Shown: positions 1 to 8,309 of the stretch, in pieces
Position numbering within the stretch: position 1 is the stretch's first letter
Layout of the letters: each line of letters starts with the position of its first letter
Assembly: GCA_030445265.1 (NCBI GenBank)
Contig: JAUCSC010000001.1
Span: 482,494 to 546,493, forward strand
Origin: Candidatus Saccharimonadota bacterium
GTDB lineage: Bacteria; Patescibacteriota; Saccharimonadia; Saccharimonadales; Saccharimonadaceae
Direction of reading: 5' to 3'
DNA: 64,000 nt
Program-made: the position numbers and the translations under genes
The notes under the pieces: generated by a model
The model's input: the letters and a program-made list of their open reading frames with translations, nothing else
Database searches by the model: none
Told to the model about the DNA's origin: nothing

Positions 1-546
1 CTCCGTGGCACTTCCATAACTAACGAGTAAGTCATCGGCGCTATTGATAATTCGGTCGTCGAGTGAGCGGATCTTCTGTCCGTTCAGCAGGAAAGATATT
101 TGATGCGTACCGTCGGCGACATAAAGTGTCGTATCATTTCGGATGGAAGAGGTACTAATATTCCAGCCTATGTTTTCGAAGAAGTTATTCCACGTCACCG
201 CGCCATCATGAACATGAATCGTATCCCCAACGTTGTCATGCATGTGGGCGCGTTGCGCGGGTGTCTTAGCCTCATCAAGAGTACAGGACGTGGCACCGGT
301 CTCCTCAAAATATTTAATGCCCTTAAAGACTTGGCGCTCGCCGTTAATAAAAATACCAAAATTTGCGTGATAGTGTACGGAATGCGGGTCGTAGGTAAAA
401 AAGCGAAATGCCGCAAATAAAATCAGCCCGAGTACAAGACCTATGAGGAGAGTTACAAAAGTGCGCTTAGATTTTGTTTGAGTACGAGCATCGTTTGCCG
501 ACTGTTCTTGATCTGTCTCGTCATTTTCAGATTGGTGATTTGTCAT
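1..546 (-). CDS. Membrane-anchored His-rich hypothetical protein (partial, runs off left edge; not in ORF track)
   Basis: Manual translation from ATG at 546: MTNHQSENDETDQEQ...TFVTLLIGLVLGLILFAAFRFFTYDPHSVHYHANFGIFING...AHMHDNVGDTIHVHDGAVTW. One TM helix followed by HxH motifs. Confidence 0.75.
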   Translation of the reverse strand, partial: MTNHQSENDETDQEQSANDARTQTKSKRTFVTLLIGLVLGLILFAAFRFFTYDPHSVHYHANFGIFINGERQVFKGIKYFEETGATSCTLDEAKTPAQRAHMHDNVGDTIHVHDGAVTWNNFFENIGWNISTSSIRNDTTLYVADGTHQISFLLNGQKIRSLDDRIINSADDLLVSYGSATE

Positions 547-573
547 GCCCTTATTGTAACAAGAATTCTGGAC

Positions 574-1863
574 CTATTCATCTGAGTACAAATCCTGCAT
601 ATCTCTAACGCTACCAAATGCCACCCGGTCAAGAATAAAGCTATCCATGTTCATGAGTAACGCCGAGCCGATAACCATGTCACCATACTTGTCGTTAACC
701 GCGTCAACTGCTCGAGATAAAGCATTTATATCACCCTTTACGCCATCAAAGAGGCCGAGCTGTTCCGGCTCATATGGCACAAGGTCATAAACAGTCACGC
801 CCATCTTGGCAATTGGCTTATCCTTTTGCCGTAGCTCAAACACTTTCATCGCATACGCAAATATATCCTGCGTCGTATAAAGTCTCGTTCCAACGCGCAT
901 GCCTTGATGCCAGAAGTCATGGTCAGTATAAAGAACCCAGACATGTATACCTTCCGCAAAAAATTTATTGCGCCGAAGACGCCGCCCCGTTTTTTCACTA
1001 AGTTTCATCATAAATTTACGTAGCAAGAGGGGATTATTGGTACGGTCTTGAAGAGTATAATCATGTCCAATACTCTGACGCTCGCTGTCATGATCCTCAA
1101 TTTCCCAGCCACGAAGTTTGAGATACCAATAGTAACCGACAATCGACTTAAAGACCTGTTTTTTTAGCTTCATGACTGGTGCGTCAAAGAACTGCAACGG
1201 AGTAAAGATGCCTTCACTATTCAGTCGAGCACCATAGCGAGTGTTAATTCCAGAAATATCAAGCAGGTCCATACCGGCATATGTATCCAGCAAATTGTCT
1301 TTGGTGATTACATCGAGGCCATCCGGCTTATGAAGGCCTGCAGCCGTCTTTGCCAGAAAGCGATTGGTAGAAATGCCGACGTTGACTCGTACCCATTCAC
1401 CGATCTCATCATGGACGCGATGCTTAATTTCGTAGCCAATATCGACGAGGCTTTTCGTCCGGATGCGTTCTGTACCAGCAAAATCGATGACCGCCTCATC
1501 AATTGATTTAGGCGAGACCTTATCCGAGTATGATTCGAAGATTCTCCTAAACTTCATGTGTGCATCCCGGTAAAGCGGTGGATGCGATTGGATGATGACG
1601 ATATCTGGACAGACTTTTTGCGCCTCCCATACCCGCATGCCGGTCTTGACACCATATTTCTTGGCTTCAATCGATGGCGCAATCACACAGCCATAAGGGG
1701 CAGCATAGGCTGCTACCCCCACCGGCCGGCCGCGCAGCAGTGGATTTGCTTGCTGTTCCATCGTAGCAAAGCAACTGTTCATATCGACGTGCATCGTGAG
1801 TGGCTCGGCTGAGTTAATAGGGACGTCAAGCCCGATCATGTGATGCTTAGTTAGCTTCGCCAT
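574..1863 (-). CDS. dinB: Y-family DNA polymerase IV (DinB-like)
   Basis: Catalytic motifs HVDMNSCFAT and SIDEA; clamp-binding QLGLF; C-terminal AVDAVNDKYG. Start moved to ATG 1863, which overlaps the upstream gene. Confidence 0.9.
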   Translation of the reverse strand: MAKLTKHHMIGLDVPINSAEPLTMHVDMNSCFATMEQQANPLLRGRPVGVAAYAAPYGCVIAPSIEAKKYGVKTGMRVWEAQKVCPDIVIIQSHPPLYRDAHMKFRRIFESYSDKVSPKSIDEAVIDFAGTERIRTKSLVDIGYEIKHRVHDEIGEWVRVNVGISTNRFLAKTAAGLHKPDGLDVITKDNLLDTYAGMDLLDISGINTRYGARLNSEGIFTPLQFFDAPVMKLKKQVFKSIVGYYWYLKLRGWEIEDHDSERQSIGHDYTLQDRTNNPLLLRKFMMKLSEKTGRRLRRNKFFAEGIHVWVLYTDHDFWHQGMRVGTRLYTTQDIFAYAMKVFELRQKDKPIAKMGVTVYDLVPYEPEQLGLFDGVKGDINALSRAVDAVNDKYGDMVIGSALLMNMDSFILDRVAFGSVRDMQDLYSDE

Positions 1864-2107
1864 CAGCAATCCTCCCAATGACCCAACTAAGATCGTCAGT
1901 GTTAAAGATGAGCTCAAAAAAGTTTACTCCATCCGTCGCCGAAAAAACGTGGAGAAGTGCTTTGCCCTCCTTGAGCTTATGAACGTAGCCAATCTTTGTG
2001 ATAGTATGCTCGCGTCCATTCCATTTGATGCGGAAGGGGCGGACATCCTTATAGGTGTCTCCAAATATTGCGACCACTGATACTCTTTGATTAATTCTTT
2101 CATACAT
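1847..2107 (-). CDS. Small hypothetical protein coupled to dinB (PxxxxWxGRxxxI-type beta protein)
   Basis: 86-aa ORF with a strong SD (AGGAGG); overlaps the dinB start. Confidence 0.75.
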   Translation of the reverse strand: MYERINQRVSVVAIFGDTYKDVRPFRIKWNGREHTITKIGYVHKLKEGKALLHVFSATDGVNFFELIFNTDDLSWVIGRIADGEAN

Positions 2108-2115
2108 ACTCCCTC

Positions 2116-2214
2116 CTAGTTAGTGTGCTTACGGCGCTCGATAAAGAATTCCATGCGCTGTTTTAAGATAGTGTCAATTCGGACTGGCTCAGTAATAACT
2201 TTTCTTGTTTTCAT
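2116..2214 (-). CDS. 32-aa small ORF, first gene of the dinB operon
   Basis: MKTRKVITEPVRIDTILKQRMEFFIERRKHTN*; GGAGA SD upstream; its stop overlaps the SD of the next gene. Confidence 0.55.
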   Translation of the reverse strand: MKTRKVITEPVRIDTILKQRMEFFIERRKHTN

Positions 2215-2240
2215 ACAAATTCTCCGTAAGGTTTTAAGAC

Positions 2241-2267
2241 AAAAAACAACTAATAAAGATTAGCTGT
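2241..2267 (-). terminator. Intrinsic terminator/attenuator in the dinB operon leader
   Basis: ACAGCTAAT-CTTT-ATTAGTTGT followed by a T run, about 26 nt before the first ORF. Confidence 0.5.
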
Positions 2268-2483
2268 AAACGGATTTTATTGTCGCTGCCTGGTAAGAGG
2301 TGATTCACCGTCTCAAGAATGATCTCTGCAGGTGTAGCGTAATTTGTATGAGGCGCACAGGGACCGGAGTATGCTTGCCTGAAGTAGCTTTATAAGCCTG
2401 AGTGCTATGACCGACGTACGGTTCATGCTCCCATAGCTACTTTTATTATACGCCACCAAAATTGAAAGCAGTACAATAGAAGT

Positions 2484-3176
2484 ATGTGCGGACGATACAC
2501 CCTCTATCAAATTGAAAAACTCCAAGCTCGTTATAATCTCAACAAAAAAGAAGCGGCGGCATTACTCAGAGAGCTAAAAAAACGGTACAACATCGCCCCC
2601 ACGCAGTTTAGCCCCGTAGTGACTGAGGATAAAGATAAGAACACACACATCGAAATGATGCGTTGGGGCTATATGCCCGCGTGGGCCAAAGATCCAAAAG
2701 ACGTATTCAAGTACAAGACCTTTAATGCCCGCTCTGAAGAGATATTCGGTAAACGGACATGGAAGGACGCTATACTGTATCGTCGCTGCCTCATACCGGC
2801 CAACGGCTTTTACGAGTGGCAGAAAAGAGAGGATGGTAAGCAGCCTTACTTTATTAGGCCTCACGACGATGAGTTGTTCTCATTTGCCGGGCTCTACGCC
2901 ACATGGAATAATGGCGGCGTGTCATATAATACCTTTTCGATACTGACAACAAATCCAAATGACCAGATGGAAAGTATACACAATCGCATGCCTGTCATTT
3001 TACACAGAGATCAAGAGAGTGAATGGCTCAATAACAACATGACCGACCCAGATCACATAACCAATTATATGGCTCCGTACGAAAACGGTTCACTCGAGCT
3101 TTTTGAGGTAAGTAGGGATGTAAATGCGTCGCGCATTGACGACGAAACATTGGTTATGCCCATCAATTCACGATGA
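2484..3176 (+). CDS. SOS response-associated peptidase (SRAP/YedK/HMCES family), abasic-site protein
   Basis: N-terminal MCGRY, FNARSE, GFYEW and IHNRMP; intact Cys/Glu/His set. Confidence 0.93.
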   Translation: MCGRYTLYQIEKLQARYNLNKKEAAALLRELKKRYNIAPTQFSPVVTEDKDKNTHIEMMRWGYMPAWAKDPKDVFKYKTFNARSEEIFGKRTWKDAILYRRCLIPANGFYEWQKREDGKQPYFIRPHDDELFSFAGLYATWNNGGVSYNTFSILTTNPNDQMESIHNRMPVILHRDQESEWLNNNMTDPDHITNYMAPYENGSLELFEVSRDVNASRIDDETLVMPINSR

Positions 3177-3182
3177 ATTTCC

Positions 3183-3545
3183 TTAACCGATTTGTTGGAG
3201 CGCCCAGGTGTTTCCTGTTGGGTCGCTAAAATGAGCATATTTTACTCCACCCATATCATCGACTTCGCTGATCTCAAGTCCGCGTTCGACTAGTTCATTG
3301 CGCGCAGCCTCAATATCATCCACTACGAGGTGAATATTCTGAACAGGCGATGCATTCTCGGTACCCATACCTGTACCGATTGCTATCGAGCATGCTGATC
3401 CCGGAGGAGTGAGCTGAATAATATGCATACCATTGCCAGGCTCAACATCATGATCAAGATGAAAGCCGAGGGTATGTTCGTAAAAGTCTTTAGCCTGCTG
3501 GATATCGTTAGCTGGCAGGGGTATAAGCTCTATCTTCATAGTCAT
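3183..3545 (-). CDS. VOC/glyoxalase family protein
   Basis: DIQQAKDFYEHTLGF...HLVVDDIEAARNEL...FSDPTGNTWAL. Confidence 0.85.
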   Translation of the reverse strand: MTMKIELIPLPANDIQQAKDFYEHTLGFHLDHDVEPGNGMHIIQLTPPGSACSIAIGTGMGTENASPVQNIHLVVDDIEAARNELVERGLEISEVDDMGGVKYAHFSDPTGNTWALQQIG

Positions 3546-3550
3546 CGCTA

Positions 3551-3970
3551 CTACTGGTTGCCTTCGCTATTAATATTGACCATCCAGTTTATGCCAAATT
3601 TATCGACAAAATAGCCAAAAGAATCGCCCCATGATTCGGTTTTGAGCGGCTGCTTGACTTGTCCTTCAGCTGATAGCTTATCGAACGCCAGCGAAAGTCG
3701 ATCGTGGTCGGTTCCAGACAGCGCAATTGCCACATTATCACCGACTGTTGGTGGGTAGTCGGGATGACCATCAGAACCCATGATACGTAGTCCGTCGGAC
3801 GACAGCATACCGTGCATTATCGGATCTTCGGGGCCAGCTTCTTTCGGTGGGCCAGCAGGATCCGCTGCCATAAGCGTCAGCTCACCGCCGAGTGCGTCAT
3901 GATAAAACTCTAATGCCTTTCGCGCCTGTCCCTGAAAGTTGATGTATGGATTTGCTGATATTTGGCTCAT
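3551..3970 (-). CDS. VOC family protein (PhnB-like)
   Basis: PYINFQGQARKALEFY...WGDSFGYFVDKFGINWM. Confidence 0.87.
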   Translation of the reverse strand: MSQISANPYINFQGQARKALEFYHDALGGELTLMAADPAGPPKEAGPEDPIMHGMLSSDGLRIMGSDGHPDYPPTVGDNVAIALSGTDHDRLSLAFDKLSAEGQVKQPLKTESWGDSFGYFVDKFGINWMVNINSEGNQ

Positions 3971-4085
3971 ATGACCCCTAAACCTTTTTTACAGATATTC
4001 TATCTGAATTGTACGCGCATGCGAACCTTTAACAAGTATAGCTATTTCGGTCAGGGTGGGGGAGAGCGCTTGCGCAGAGTCTCTC

Positions 4086-4247
4086 AAAAGCAAAGAGAGA
4101 CATTTACATGTCTCTCTTCTGGGAAGATTTGCACCAACAGATGTGACCTACGAACTAAATAATTGAACCATTGAACATTTGTACATTGAACTATTGAACT
4201 TGTTTGGTCACACATAATGATATGTGCTGTATCACTTGATCTTCCTA
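4086..4247 (-). ncRNA. Candidate stand-alone small RNA (~160 nt) with a GUUCAAU-repeat loop
   Basis: Own sigma70 promoter; closing stem GGAAGAT/ATCTTCC; inner stem GTGTGACC/GGTCACAT; 11-bp terminator stem at 4093-4118. Confidence 0.5.
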
Positions 4248-4253
4248 CTCATT

Positions 4254-4282
4254 ATTTTACCAAGGCATTTTTTGGTCGTCAA
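4254..4282 (-). promoter_or_regulatory. sigma70-type promoter
   Basis: TTGACG-17 nt-TAAAAT with TG extension. Confidence 0.65.
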
Positions 4283-4339
4283 CATTTTTTTTGACTTTTT
4301 TATTAATTGTTTACGCTTAACAGAGATGCACTGGTTATT

Positions 4340-4690
4340 TTAAAAATTCTTATCAAGCGACGCCTTGATGAGGGCCTTCAAGCTTGCTCTATCAATGATC
4401 GCGTCCTCTCGTAGATCAATCGCTCTCGACTTTTTTGCGTCAAACCCATTATTAAATAGGTGATTGGCGTCATCCACTAAGGCACCATTAGCAATAAAAT
4501 TATACTTGGTGTGCGCCTTGAAAGCCGACATCGCAAAAATCATTTTACCGTCCACTAAAAATACCGGCACGTTCCATTTGAAGTCTTCGGTTACTGAAGG
4601 AGAAGCCTCGTGAATTAAAGTCCGGAATAATGATAGATTCTTCTTTTGCCATTCAGGCAACGCGTTAAGGTATTCCTCGATTTTGTCCAT
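4340..4690 (-). CDS. DUF1801 (YdeI/YdhG-like) protein
   Basis: IEEYLNALPEWQ...LIHEASPSVTEDFKWNVPVF. Confidence 0.8.
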   Translation of the reverse strand: MDKIEEYLNALPEWQKKNLSLFRTLIHEASPSVTEDFKWNVPVFLVDGKMIFAMSAFKAHTKYNFIANGALVDDANHLFNNGFDAKKSRAIDLREDAIIDRASLKALIKASLDKNF

Positions 4691-4763
4691 ATCAACATCA
4701 TAGCAAACTTGCGTGCCTTATGTTTTTCCGATCAAGAACTGCACATATATGTATACTAGGCAC

Positions 4764-5522
4764 ATGAACATCAAAGCAGTTGTGTCTGATATCGATGGGA
4801 CTCTCGTCCAGTACTGTCCCGATCTTTCTGGTCTTGATGAAGCCGATGCCCTGATTGCGGCAAGCACCATCGATGCCATCAGCCGGCTTCATCAGAATGG
4901 GCTTATTGTCGCTGGGGTTACGGGGCGCACCTATGAACAGTCTAGAGACGTGTTGACTCGACTCGGCATCACGGGCCCTTGCGTCTTTGCTGGTGGAGCA
5001 ACGATCCGGGATCTGCCGAGCGGAGAGATCTTGTACGAAGCGAGTCTGGCGCCGCACACACTGATAGCAGTAAAAGCCATTTTGCTTGAAATACTCGGCG
5101 ATGATTACCCACTCGATATCGCTCCGTCCGCCAAAGATCCGAACAGCTATAACTCAGTGTGGGCTATTGTTGAACGTACTAAGATAGCTATCATTGCTGA
5201 GCAGCTCGCAGCCTTGAATGATATATATCATGTCGTAAACGACGGGGCGGGCAAGCAAGATGAGGTCGGACTTCTTGTCCTACAAGCGGGCGTCGATAAG
5301 GGAAGCGCTACAAAGCGCCTCCTGTCACTACTGGCCCTCGAGAAGACCGAGGTAGCCTGTATCGGCGACGGAGCAAATGATGTATTGATGTTTGAGCAAT
5401 GCGGAGTCACATTTGCCATGGGCAACGGCGAGCAGTCTTTAAAAGATCAGGCAAATTATATTGTCAGCGACATTGATAAAGATGGCTTTGCTGAAGCAGT
5501 CGATATCATTCTGCGTCTCTAG
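4764..5522 (+). CDS. Cof-type HAD hydrolase
   Basis: VSDIDGTL, VTGR, GVDKG and GDGAND motifs; start set at ATG 4764 just after TATACT. Confidence 0.88.
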   Translation: MNIKAVVSDIDGTLVQYCPDLSGLDEADALIAASTIDAISRLHQNGLIVAGVTGRTYEQSRDVLTRLGITGPCVFAGGATIRDLPSGEILYEASLAPHTLIAVKAILLEILGDDYPLDIAPSAKDPNSYNSVWAIVERTKIAIIAEQLAALNDIYHVVNDGAGKQDEVGLLVLQAGVDKGSATKRLLSLLALEKTEVACIGDGANDVLMFEQCGVTFAMGNGEQSLKDQANYIVSDIDKDGFAEAVDIILRL

Positions 5523-5959
5523 GGTATTAACTCGTGATCAGCACAGTAGTTGATTGCATTTTTGTAAAACGGGCGAAACTCGGTACTTTGCGTGAGGCCT
5601 GCGAGCGGCACCCACTCATATGACGCATGCTCCCAACTAATTCTTACGTCAGGCGTATGGTCGAGGAATGCGAGATAGAAGAGCTTGGTGATGGACTTGT
5701 GCCCTTTCTCTACGTATTCCGTCTCCGTGTAAGCAAGTTGGATCCTGCTACTATCAATTTCGATACCAGCCTCTTCTTTAATCTCTCTGATGACCGCTTC
5801 ATGCTCAGATTCACCTGGATCGACGAGTCCGCCCGGCAAATCGGGTTTGAATGATTTTTCTGGATGCGACTTATATTCGCCAACGGTTAAGATAAGAGCT
5901 TGGTTCTTCTCATTCACCACCAGAGCTTTGGCTACCGATATAATCGTTGCTTTAGTCAT
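5519..5959 (-). CDS. NUDIX hydrolase
   Basis: Nudix box GGLVDPGESEHEAVIREIKEEAGI. Confidence 0.9.
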   Translation of the reverse strand: MTKATIISVAKALVVNEKNQALILTVGEYKSHPEKSFKPDLPGGLVDPGESEHEAVIREIKEEAGIEIDSSRIQLAYTETEYVEKGHKSITKLFYLAFLDHTPDVRISWEHASYEWVPLAGLTQSTEFRPFYKNAINYCADHELIP

Positions 5960-6034
5960 AGATCCATTCTAACAAAACGACACGTTTTATATCATAGCGT
6001 TGTACAATAAGATTATTAGACGAAAGGGTGAGCG

Positions 6035-6115
6035 ATGAGTAAAGGAACGGGTCAGAAAAAAGCTGTTAAAAAGCCAAAAAAAGATAAGAAGGTTAAAGTT
6101 GCTACTAGCAGCTAG
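6035..6115 (+). CDS. 26-aa Lys-rich microprotein (not in ORF track)
   Basis: MSKGTGQKKAVKKPKKDKKVKVATSS*; TACAAT -10 and GAAAGGG SD upstream; terminator downstream. Confidence 0.55.
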   Translation: MSKGTGQKKAVKKPKKDKKVKVATSS

Positions 6116-6124
6116 CTAAAACAT

Positions 6125-6150
6125 AAAGTCTCCACTGCGGAGACTTTTTT
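6125..6150 (+). terminator. Intrinsic terminator, possibly bidirectional
   Basis: AAAGTCTCC-ACTGC-GGAGACTTT followed by Ts. Confidence 0.75.
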
Positions 6151-6198
6151 GTTAAGTTTCTGATCATTGAGCCTGCGCTATGGCTCCTATTGACCCGT

Positions 6199-6753
6199 TT
6201 ATCGCATTGTCTTTAATGCTGTCGCCCAGCGCTGTAGCTCAGTGAGTAGCGTATTAGCAGATTTTACTTGCTGCTCAGTCGCCTGGAATACCTCATCGTC
6301 TAAAAGCGTTTTGACATTTATGATATTGACCGCTTCGTAGACAGGCATCATTTTTAGACTAGTGACTAATGGCTTGATGCTTTGTACGGACCGCATGCCA
6401 CCCGATATGCCACCGTAGCTGACAAATCCAACAGGCTTATAATTCCATTCTTTATAGAGATAATCGAGCGCATTGATAAGGCTCGCAGGAGCATTATGGT
6501 TGTACTCCGGCATGACAAACACGAACGCATCGGCGGCATTAATCTTTTCCGCCCATGCTTTGGTATGCTCTTTAGTATATTGCTGCAGGTTCGGCTCATT
6601 CGGTTCATCAAGTAAGGGTAAGTTTATTTTCGCCAGATCGGAGATCGAAACTTCGAAGCCCTGAAAGCCTTTGGCGACGTCGGCAAACCACTCAGCCACT
6701 GGCAGCCCGCGTCGGCCTGGACGCGTACTCGCAATAATAATTTCTAATTTCAT
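6199..6753 (-). CDS. NADPH-dependent FMN reductase
   Basis: IASTRPGRRG, FVMPEYNHN and VSYGGISGG; GGAGG SD before ATG 6753. Confidence 0.9.
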   Translation of the reverse strand: MKLEIIIASTRPGRRGLPVAEWFADVAKGFQGFEVSISDLAKINLPLLDEPNEPNLQQYTKEHTKAWAEKINAADAFVFVMPEYNHNAPASLINALDYLYKEWNYKPVGFVSYGGISGGMRSVQSIKPLVTSLKMMPVYEAVNIINVKTLLDDEVFQATEQQVKSANTLLTELQRWATALKTMR

Positions 6754-6989
6754 TTTAGGCTCCTCCAAACTACATACTCCTTGAATATACAATTGCGCAA
6801 TTAGATGATGACTTGCTCCTTCAAAAGGTGCTTAGCCATCCAGTCAAGCAATACAATTCCTTTTTCTATACTTTGATTATACAACAGTAATCGATTAGCT
6901 ACTGGCGTGCTGCTTCAACGTACGGCAGTCCGCCAACGTATCCAAAGACTTAGCCTTATTATACAAATAGCGGAGAAGTACCGATTGAA

Positions 6990-8249
6990 CTATTGCTCTG
7001 CAAATACATTTGTGTCCTGGATTGAACCTTGGCCGGCACGTGCAAGATACTCAACAAGCTCAGGGGATTGCTCGTAAAGGCGAGCCATTAAGAGTACTGC
7101 CTTTTCTTGAAGGATAGGCGATTCGCTCGACTCAACCGTCCAGCGATTCCAGTTTCCTATTAAGTCCTGTCCGAGGGAGGCTTTATCCTCAACAATGTTA
7201 GTCAGCCCGTACTCATTGGCAGCCGCAACGCGAGAATCTATCTCATCAATTTTTGATTGAATCTCAGCTTTTTCGGCTTCAGTAGATGCAAACTGGATAT
7301 CGGTCATGAGACCCTGATCGTTCTTAAGCTTAAATGCTTCGTCATCACCATAATAGCCCTGGGTATCGGCGTAGAAATTGAATTTTCCCTCGGCTGGCGG
7401 TGGATTAATCTCGTCGTACTGTTCATCCCGCATAGCTCCTATAGGGCCACACTGTTGATGATCCCAGAGGTGAAACATCTCATGTACTAAGACCGTGCCG
7501 CTGCCAGTCTTGTAGTCTATATATACCGTGTTGTTTTCGAGCTGATCCGGGACAACAAAGCCAGCGACGTCGCTGCTGACTGTATCGGTCAGAATAATCC
7601 GCTGTAGGCCCATAGCTTGCACGAGCTCAACAGGAAGATCACCCACACTCGATATAAGACTGTACAACACTCGCTTTGTTTCAAGACTATTCTCGGATAC
7701 CAGACTCTCATAGCTATATGGCTTACTACTGGTTGGCACCGCGAGTTCAGTGTTGCTTACTTCTGCGCTAGAAAAGACAATAGAAACTCCATACCGTGAG
7801 AGAAATTCTTCAGAGTGTTCGAAATATGTTTCGGCAGAAATAACGGATGTGTCGGCATATAAATCAACTGACAAATCAGCCATCTCGCTCCTGTAATCGT
7901 AAACCGTAAGGCCGAGCTCATTTGCCACGGACTTTTTCTTTTCTTTTTGCGCTTTTAGGTAATCATCAACTGAATCACTACCGCCCATGATTTCTGATTT
8001 CGACCAAGTCTCGGCATATACATCCTCGGTTTCATCGATGACCTCATCAGGAACGATGGCGCATTCTTTATCGTATCGGGGGTCTATATCAGTATCGTAC
8101 GGCGTGCTTGATATCGTCGGCTTCGGCGTCTCGGCAGTCGTACAGCCTGATAAGTTAAGTGCTAGAGGCACTGCTATAGCGAGGGTTGCGACCTTTCTCG
8201 AGAACGGATATTTATCGCTCGAGTCCTTGAGAAATTTTTCGTAATTCAT
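6990..8249 (-). CDS. Acidic lipoprotein-like protein with a zincin HExxH motif (putative metallopeptidase)
   Basis: Hydrophobic segment ending LSGC; VLVHEMFHLWD; later YGLTNIVEDKA; consensus TTGACA-17-TATAAT promoter upstream. Confidence 0.6.
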   Translation of the reverse strand: MNYEKFLKDSSDKYPFSRKVATLAIAVPLALNLSGCTTAETPKPTISSTPYDTDIDPRYDKECAIVPDEVIDETEDVYAETWSKSEIMGGSDSVDDYLKAQKEKKKSVANELGLTVYDYRSEMADLSVDLYADTSVISAETYFEHSEEFLSRYGVSIVFSSAEVSNTELAVPTSSKPYSYESLVSENSLETKRVLYSLISSVGDLPVELVQAMGLQRIILTDTVSSDVAGFVVPDQLENNTVYIDYKTGSGTVLVHEMFHLWDHQQCGPIGAMRDEQYDEINPPPAEGKFNFYADTQGYYGDDEAFKLKNDQGLMTDIQFASTEAEKAEIQSKIDEIDSRVAAANEYGLTNIVEDKASLGQDLIGNWNRWTVESSESPILQEKAVLLMARLYEQSPELVEYLARAGQGSIQDTNVFAEQ

Positions 8250-8309
8250 ATCGGCATTAATTATACTATATTTTGTATATTATGTCAATAACGGATGGCC
8301 CCTATCAAG

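Noticed and set aside
4161-4200. ATTGAAC repeats as a CRISPR array
   Set aside because: They resemble CRISPR repeat 3' ends, but the units are 7-8 nt with no spacers, and there are no cas genes in the window.
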